A stretch of DNA of 64,000 nt from NCBI RefSeq assembly GCF_009914755.1, contig NC_060934.1; one strand, 5' to 3'. Position 1 is the first letter of the stretch, and every line of letters begins with the position of its first letter. Position numbers and translations under genes: made by a program. Under the pieces are notes generated by a model that saw only the letters and a program-made list of their open reading frames with translations, was not told where the DNA came from and did no database searches. The stretch comes from the human T2T-CHM13v2.0 reference genome, Homo sapiens. Below are positions 54,207 to 64,000 of the stretch, piece by piece.

Positions 54207-57200
54207 GAAAATTATTCATTTTTAATGTAAAGTGGAATATTAGTGTTATAAGAATAATTTGTTTTATATATTAGAAACATTTATTTGATGTGCTTTTCTT
54301 TCTCAGAGAAAACAAAGAAAGTTCATGTGATCAACACAAGTGTGTCAAGATGGTCACCTCATTTGCGTTGGGGTATACCAAGTCAGGCAGTAGCAATTTT
54401 GTTGCCTTAGTGACCATTTAGAATCTAGTTTAATAGCCTATGTAGGCAGCTTAATATAGAAGGCTTGTTTTCAACATTATGTCCTCAAGCCAGTCTTGTG
54501 ACTGATTGAAATAAATTTTTGGAGGAAAAAGGCAGGTCAAGTCTTAAAGAACAGCAACCACGTTCTTCGTTTAGCGTTCAGCTTTAATGTCACCTGTTTC
54601 TCTGCCACACTGAAGTAACAGCTATGCTCACTGCTGCACAGGCATAGAAGAGCATGGTATTGCCTGGCTTTCAACAGGGAATTCCAACTCTAATTCTTCA
54701 TGCCACCATCATCTCTTAACTTGTGATCCTACTTGGATTTTTATGTATACTGAATTATTTCCTTTTACAGAGAAATATTAAATTTGAAACAAAATTATAG
54801 TGTATTTGCTAAATAGGTCCATGGAAGTCCCATACCCCCACACACACATTTTAGTTTCTGCCTTTTTTATTGTTCCACTTAAAACGAGCTTCTTTTTCCA
54901 TTTGAGAGAAGTGACTGAGTCAAGAAAAGAAGGCATGAATAAAGAATTCAGGGAAGAAAATGATGTCTTCATGTTCAATTATTATCAGGAGTATACATAG
55001 TACTATATTCATAGAATTTGCTTGTGGCAAGCAAATAGATCTAAGTGAGTTTTTTCCTTATTATTCTCAGAAATGAGTTTTTCTTGTTGTCTAGTGTTTT
55101 TTATTTTTATTTTTGTCAATGCATCATTTGACAGAGGGGAAGAAGAATGAAAAGAATGACATATTTTCAAGATTCTCTGTCAATGCTGATGGCAATCATG
55201 AGCCATAATTCTAATGATAGGTTTCTGAGGAGTGAATAAGAGACTATTAAACGTACTTGATGACTTTAAGGTAACTTCTAATTACAGAAATGTCAAAATG
55301 TGAATAACGTGTTCATCTTACAAGTGAAAAAATATGGAAATTAAGAATAAAAATTATACTAGTAAGAGGGTTGAAAGATTAAGAGGAGAATGAAAATATA
55401 ATTCATAGAACAGTTGCTATTATTATAATTTTGACCTAATGATAAAATTTGTGGTTTTAAAAGTGTCTCACAGACCTTATTTGCCTATTACTAACTTTAA
55501 TAGATTATACTTATAGTGGTAATTAGGTTAATTAATTTTAAATCACATTGGTTATTGCCTCTAGGACAAAATGGGTGTTTAAACCTTAAGTTTGTATAAA
55601 AAATGATTTGACACTGAAATCAATCTACTTTTATTAGCTTCTGGCAGCAAGAATAGATGTGGTTTACTAACAGCAATAATGAAAGAGCATCAAACTTTGA
55701 TAAAAATTCTGAAGGAATGTCAGGGGCTTAAAACTGGGCAGGTCAATAAATAGCCAAAAAGTTAAATTCAAGATCAAGACTACACTGGGAGACAGAGGGA
55801 GGTGATGTTGTATCAAAGACAAGAACAGGAATTCACACAGTCCGACAAAAATGAAGTATGCTGAGAAAGTTGCCTTGCCAGTGGATTATTGGTCCACAGT
55901 AAAATATCTGACAGTGCTTTTTGAGGACTCCAAATTCTTTTGATGAGACTGGGTTAAATTTCAGTTATATCATTGTATTTTATTTTATTGATTATTCTGT
56001 TTTTATCTGATTCTTCTGTGTTAATGTAGATGTGAAAAAATTTCTAAATTGGCTTTATGTAGAAATGTAAATGTCTGGTTGGCCAGCTACCTCACCTGAC
56101 CTCAAAATATCCTTGAGGGCTCTCAGTATATCCTTTTTGTGGGTACATTCCTCATTCAAGTCTGGCAAAGGACTGCTTTCCCCAAGATAACGTATGCTTT
56201 CCAACTTTCATATTTTTTTATGTTCTGCATGTCTGGGATGGCCTTTCCCTCTTCTTGCTGTCTTTCCAGATTTTATCTTTCCAGATGTTATCCTCCTCCA
56301 AGACTTTCCTTAAGCACCACCTCTTGTGTAATGCCTTTCCCGATTACTCTATTGAAAAGTCTCTAAGGAATTAATTATCAATATTATATTTTGTGCTTCA
56401 AAGTGTTGACATTCTTCATTAAAAGCAACACCACCAACAACTGTCAATTTGAATCTTGACTTTACCACTTCTTAGTTTCCATAGGTTTTAGAAAGTCCTT
56501 AACCCATGGTTTTCTCATATGTAAAATGTGGACATTAAATTGATAGCCTTGTAGAAAATTGGTATGAAGATGAAATAAACTTGGCATACAAATAAGTACC
56601 AAAAATAAGAAATTTTATTATCACCAATATGGCACTTAACATCTCCAGACTTTTTTTATGTGTTAAAACTACAGCATTGTCATCTTATGGACATGTTATG
56701 TGGTTTACGGTATAATCTCCCTTCTTATAATAAGATTAATTCTCTACCACATGTGTAAACTAGCTTTTTTTGGCAAAGGGTTGTCATACTTGCTAATTTT
56801 AGTTTTATACTACCTTCAATATACATAATACTTTATAGTTGATGAACTATTCCTCAGTGTTACATGTTTGAGGTCCCCACATTGTCCTTTACTGAAAGTT
56901 ATTTACATATATTAATTGAATGATACAGTTCTGTCTGATTGTTTCTTAGAAAAGCTTTTAAAAGTGTGGATTTACTATTGTTTTTCACCTTTATGTCTTA
57001 TTACTGCAAATGCAAAGTCATATACCCTTAATTTTGAACAACATATAAGAACCAGCTCCCCCAAAATGGGCAGCCAAATGCCCCCACATCTACCCAAACA
57101 GATGTTTAGATGTTAAAGATGTCTAGGAATAAATTCTGCCTGGGATTATTGCTAATAAAGTTCATAGAAACAACCATACCTTCTCATGTAGGTTGTGGTT

Positions 57201-58729
57201 CTCCATCCCTTCGTAGACCAAAACCTTTACCTGATGAGCAAAATAGAAAACTGTTGTTTTGCTTCTGTTTTTGCTCTACTGATGAAGAACTAACAAACAG
57301 TAAAACAACCAAAGAAAGGAAAACTAATAATTTGAACCAATCCTTGATTATATGTTTAACTCTGGTGGAGTTTCATGATATAAATTGATGTTAACATAAC
57401 CTCATAACTCAACTGCTATATTGATCATGACCTTCGCCATCATCAAAGAAATAAAAGAAAATGGTAATAGGACAGTGGCAGAGGTTCTACTAAATCTATA
57501 ATGCAACCATTTGTTTACCTTAACTCCAATCCTTCAAAAGGATCAGAGGCTTCTAATTGCCTTTTTCTGCCACTATATTAATATGTATAGACAGTGTATT
57601 GATCTTCTTTCTGTATTCATTGGTATTCAAGGAACATGATAGCTTGTTCTGAATACCTATGAATGTTAGAAAATGTCCATGCCGGTGCCCACTCTCAGCA
57701 GAGATATCCATTCACTTTTGCTGGGATTTAATTCTGTTGCCTCTTAATTGCTTGAAGATGTTTTGAGGATACAAGTTTAAACTGAATCATTTTTTTTCAG
57801 CAGGTTAATTGGACAACAGTATTCACTTTGTAAGTGAATGGATTTGATCCTCGAATGGGAATATCTATCTTGAAATTGGGTTATAAATTAATTTGCAATA
57901 ATATTATTTCAGATAGCATAAAAATATATACATCAAGTGCTGCTAAAATCAGTGATATGAATTCTGAGTTCAGAGAGCATCTTTAAAAAAATAAAGTAGA
58001 TCAAGTAGGAGGCTGGATGGGGAAGGTAGGTGAGACAGTCATGAGAGCTTTATTCTAATAGCAGCTCAGCTGCTCACTGTCATTTAATGGCATCACATTC
58101 CTTGGCCTCCCTGAATCTCAGGTTTTAATATTTAAAATGAAGGCAGGTGCTGATGATCTATGATGCTACTCCTAACTCTAACATTTTGTGTTTCTAATTT
58201 CCAAAAGAATTTAGTCAATATAGAAATACTTTGTTACAATTTACCTGCCATTATGAACTAAACAATGCTACTTGTCACTCAAAACCACAAATGCAAAACG
58301 AGTGATGATTGAAACTGAAAGCAAATATGCGTATAATCTCTCAAAAAATAATAAGTTTTCTTGTTACAGAATAAGGGAGTGATTGGCAGGGAAGCTGATT
58401 ATTATAAGCCTATTTCATGATTTTTGAAGTAGAAAATGAACCTTTTTTTATATCTAAATGTGATGACTTACTAAAATCTAAAATGAGAAAACCAATATAT
58501 GTAATTACTCATTGCAAATGATTCTCCAGATGATTTAAATAAAATTTTATTATATATAAAGCATATTAATTAATTAATGATCTATTGACAGCATTTAACA
58601 ATGATTTTTTTTTTCTGTAGATTGGCTAAATTTAGTGATTCTAATTCTGTAATTTAACATCATAATGACAGTTTTTTTCTCCTCTCTCACCATACACATG
58701 GAAACAGTGAGTTAAAAGACTAAACTCTA

Positions 58730-58857
58730 AGTTGAGTGTGGTAGTGCATGCCTGTAGTCCCAGTGGCCAGGGAGGCTGAGGTGCTTGAACCCAGGAGTTT
58801 GAGGCCAGCCTGGGCAACATAGAGAGACTCTGTTAAAAAAAAAAAAAAAAAAAAAAA
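58730..58857 (+). mobile_element. Monomeric Alu (FLAM_A-like)
   Basis: GCCTGTAGTCCCAG..GGAGGCTGAGG..CCCAGGAGTTTGAGGCCAGCCTGGGCAACATAG followed by A23. Confidence 0.85.
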
Positions 58858-59612
58858 GACAGAGAATCTGAACTCTATTCTCTTGTCTAAAGCACTTTTT
58901 TTCAAGTTGTACATATACATTAAATATACTCTTCTATGCATGACGTTTCATGGTTTTTAAAAGTATTTACTACTTGCCTACCTCTGCGTCCCTCTAAATT
59001 TCCTTAGGCTTTCAGCAGTGTTGCTTTGGCAAGTGATAACCGGTGGACCAAATGCTAGGAAACTCCCTAACATAACAATAGGAAGCATTCCAAAATACAG
59101 CCCAGCAAACAGTGGATACACCACATGCCTCCTGCTAGATTTCAAAGATGTATGTGTTAATTACAACAGGTATTGCAAGTTGGATATTTTTATTCTTTTT
59201 TGCTAAATCCCCTGATTAGTGAGACTCAAATTGAAATTAAGATATATACGAATTTGGGGTTGGTATAAACATATTTTTAGATGTAACATGGAGAAAAAAA
59301 TAACTAGTGAAATAAAAACAAACTCCACCTCCAAACCTTAGTTTCAAAAGCAGCCTATTTTATGGTTCCCGCACCCGTCTTTTTTGTTTCTTTTCAATAT
59401 CATGATTAAAGAGAAGTAAATAAATGAACACTAACACTTGGACAGTTTTCTTATAAGCTTGTTCATATGTTGACATATAGCATTTCAGTCTTTACTGGTT
59501 CTCAGATGCCATCTAAACTTCTGTAAAATATGTTTTCATATGAATGTAGAATTATTTCCTAGAGACAGAAGATCATCAGGGAGTAGAGTTCCATTAATTC
59601 TGTGTGTCTGTA

Positions 59613-59614
<2 letters not shown>

Positions 59615-59644
<30 letters not shown>
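59615..59644. repeat. (TG)15 microsatellite
   Basis: Read directly. Confidence 0.97.
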
Positions 59645-59648
<4 letters not shown>

Positions 59649-59781
59649 ATATTTTTATAATTTAGTAGAAATAAGATCTCACGATATTGCCCAGGCTGGT
59701 CTTGAACTTGTGGCCTCAAGTGATCTTCCTGACTCAGTCTTTCAAAGTGCTGGGATTACAGGTACAAGCCACTTCTCAGCC
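59645..59781 (-). mobile_element. Alu left monomer (FLAM_C or AluJ left arm)
   Basis: TTGCCCAGGCTGGTCTTGAACT..CTCAAGTGATC..CAAAGTGCTGGGATTACAGG. Confidence 0.85.
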
Positions 59782-60869
59782 TATGTGTGCATTTTCCTTA
59801 AGCAAAGAGTCTATGGTTTGCGTTTCTATTTTTTTTTTTTTTTTAACACTTTCTGTTTCTCTGATTTCACCTTGTTCTGGTTCTCTCTATTCCAGTAAGA
59901 CTACCAGTTCTTAAATGTTGATGTCATGATATCATTTTATTGCTAGAAACCTTGCAATATATTTAAACTACAAAATCATAGTTTAGGTCCTGTATTTTGT
60001 AGTATTTATAGCACTAAGCAACTTTGTCCTCAAACTAGCTAATGCTTCTTTTTATTTCTAAAAATATCTATTTTCTGCTTTATCCAATTATGTCTACTTA
60101 ATGCTCTTTGCCTTCTAATCCTACCAAAACCCATTCCATATATCATCTTCCCATTCTTTAACCCACCTCTGCTTTTATTCTATTTAGTTAGTATATAGGG
60201 AAAAGAACATCGTTCTTGGAGCCAAACAGGCATGAGTTTGAATTTTATTTCTGCCACACAGTAAAGAAAATAATCTGGGGGGTTACCTAACCATTTGAAA
60301 AAGCCTTAGAATGGTCAGCCATAAAACGAGTATTAAGTGATTAAACGAATATCAAGGTACTCAATGAATATGGATTTTTCCTCCTCCTTTCTGCACATTT
60401 TTTATTTCTGGTCTTATCTTGATTCGCTGCAAAGTTATGTTTCCTTATCTCTCTCTGGATATGATTCTTACCTGATTACTCAGATTTGTTTTCCTTGAAT
60501 CCATTTGCACTTTTTTTCTGGAGTTATCCAGAGATCTCTTCTATCCAATGGCCTATTAATTTTACACCAAAGTCCCTTTCCAGCCTTGTTTTGCACTCTA
60601 CCTCAATGCAACCATCTTTTTCTCCAAACAATTGAATTTAATAATCACCAAATTCTCTTCTTACCTGATATTTCATGATTATTGTCATACTTTTAAAATT
60701 CTTCAGATTTATATTTAAATGAAATAATAATATTATCACTTATTTTATATACAAATATTCCTTTAGAAACCTAACTTTCAAACTTATCACATTCAAACAG
60801 GGGCAGACTCAGGTTTGATGGGGCCTTAAGCATACAGAATTTTAGTAGTTTTTTTAAAAAAGATCAAGG

Positions 60870-62260
<1,391 letters not shown>

Positions 62261-62263
62261 GGT

Positions 62264-62479
62264 CAGAGATTCTCAACTGGGAGACATTTAGCAATGTCTT
62301 GAGATATTTTTCGTTATTACAAGTGGAGTTTGTGGGTGGGGTTGTTGCTACTGGCTTCTAGTGGATATAGACTCATTGTGCTAGTAAGCATCCTTAAATG
62401 CACAGGACAACCTCACACACCCCACAAAAAAGAATCATCCAGCCAAAACCATCAACAGTGTTGAGACTGACAAACGCTT
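62264..62479. mobile_element. MER20 hAT-Charlie MITE
   Basis: CAGAGATTCTCAACT..GACATTTAGCAATGTCT..TGCTACTGGCTTCTAGTGG..AATGCACAGGACA..AAAGAATCATCCAGCC. Confidence 0.88.
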
Positions 62480-63056
62480 CCCTATGGGGAAGTAGGGCAA
62501 TAAGGCCTATGGAGGTGATGGGCCAGGGTCAAGACTTCTCTGTGTATATACTTTTTACATTATTTCTTTGATTCATTTAAATGTATTACCTATTCCAAAA
62601 TTAATTTTAAAGAACTATTAAAATGTCAAGATTTAGAACAGCAGTTTTTCTTCATTCTCGCTATAAATTTTAGTAAGAATGAATAGCAGGTATGCTTAAA
62701 ATGCTTTGACATTTTTCTCTAATGCAATGCTCTTCTGGATATGAAGGAACTCAGTTGAGATGCTGATAATGTTCTGGACACTCACGTACATTTTGCTACA
62801 CAGATACCAAGGTTGGCGAATAAATTAAAAGCTAGTCCATTAGATTAGTAGGACCTGCCATGAGTGCTGTCGTGGGAAGGATTCTGCAGGCTTTTGTGGC
62901 CTTAGCAGTAAAGACTGCCATGATAAATTAGTGATGCTCGCCATGGTCAAGGGATGGAAAGACATAGACACATGTTTCAGGCACCTGCCATCTTTGATTT
63001 ATGCAACCATATCGGCAGGCTCTTTATTATTTTAACATGTTGGAGAAAAAAACAAT

Positions 63057-63348
63057 GTTTAGGCAAATCTAAGTTATATAGATAAAACTTAGACTTATAT
63101 ATATATTTACATATGATATATATATAAGTTTAGGCAAATCTAAGTTATATATAACATATATGTTATATATATAAGTTTAGGCAAACCTAAGTTTTATATG
63201 TGTATATATATATATATACACACACACACACGTCATATATAAAGTATATATATGTAATAACTTAGATTTGCCTAATACTGTTTTTTCTCCAACAGGTTGT
63301 GTGTGTGTGTATATATATACATATACACACACACACATACATAGATAT

Positions 63349-63384
<36 letters not shown>

Positions 63385-63385
63385 G
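63057..63385. repeat. Mixed direct/inverted repeat of TTAGGCAAATCTAAGTT among TA/CA/TG/GA microsatellites
   Basis: Direct copies at 63057, 63128 and 63175; inverted copy at 63258-63275; (TG)(TA)(CA)(GA) runs at 63298-63383. Confidence 0.9.
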
Positions 63386-64000
63386 AAACAGAGGTAGAGG
63401 TGAATAACAGAATGCTGTTGCAGCTGCAGGTCCTGTATTGCTAACATATAACCAAGCAATTGAGCTCTAAAACATAGCAGCTCCATGTGGTAGCTGGTGA
63501 CATGTACATCTTAGAGATGAAAGAACTGGAGTTCACATAGTTGGTGAGTACCTGAGCCAAAAGTGAAACTCCAGTCTGTCTGATCCAAAGCCTGTCCTTG
63601 TTATTATTCCTTGTAGTTCAACCTATACACATGAGCATATATAAGAATACTGCATATATACCATATAAATTAAAAATCCACCAGTTTTCTAAATTCTGAG
63701 GGAATTAAGAACAAATACTTTGATCCATGAGTTTCATCAGATAACTTCTTGTCATCTGGCACCACAAAATTATGTATTTCAGATGTTTGTGAACTTGAGT
63801 AACTTTGCTTTTATATGTCCCTAGATATTTTAATTTAAATGCATTTAAGCATAAAAAGAGAAGTGTTTTTTCTAGATGAGTTTTTATAAAATAGTTTACG
63901 ATTTTATCAGTTCCTTCAAGACTGGCATATTATTTTTAAACTGTTAAGTATTTTGAAGCCTAAGGAAAATATATAATCTAGACTTCCCTCCCTCCATTAA

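Overview
This is AT-rich, CpG-depleted primate genomic DNA, almost certainly human given an AluYa5-lineage insertion. It lies inside the very large PRKG1 gene (cGMP-dependent protein kinase I) on the + strand. The only protein-coding sequence is one 106-bp internal exon at 15591-15696 ((T)[34 protein letters not shown](S), exon 4 in the usual numbering as I recall it), which the ORF track misses. The rest is intron, densely filled with interspersed repeats: about a dozen Alu/FLAM elements, old L1s, L2/MIR remnants, MaLR/ERVL/ERV1 solo LTRs, hAT and Tigger MITEs, a full-length decayed HSMAR1 mariner and a shrunken MADE1. There are no prokaryotic features, and apart from HSMAR1 transposase remnants the track ORFs look spurious. 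I found no new gene or new enzymatic system. The most interesting unexplained signal is a recurring set of local templated copies (fold-backs, direct copies and copies from 0.4-1.2 kb away), several sitting exactly at deletion or inversion junctions of old repeats. It looks like a fossil record of template-switch or polymerase-theta-type repair in a break-prone gene. Repeat subfamily names come from recalled consensus sequences, not from a search.
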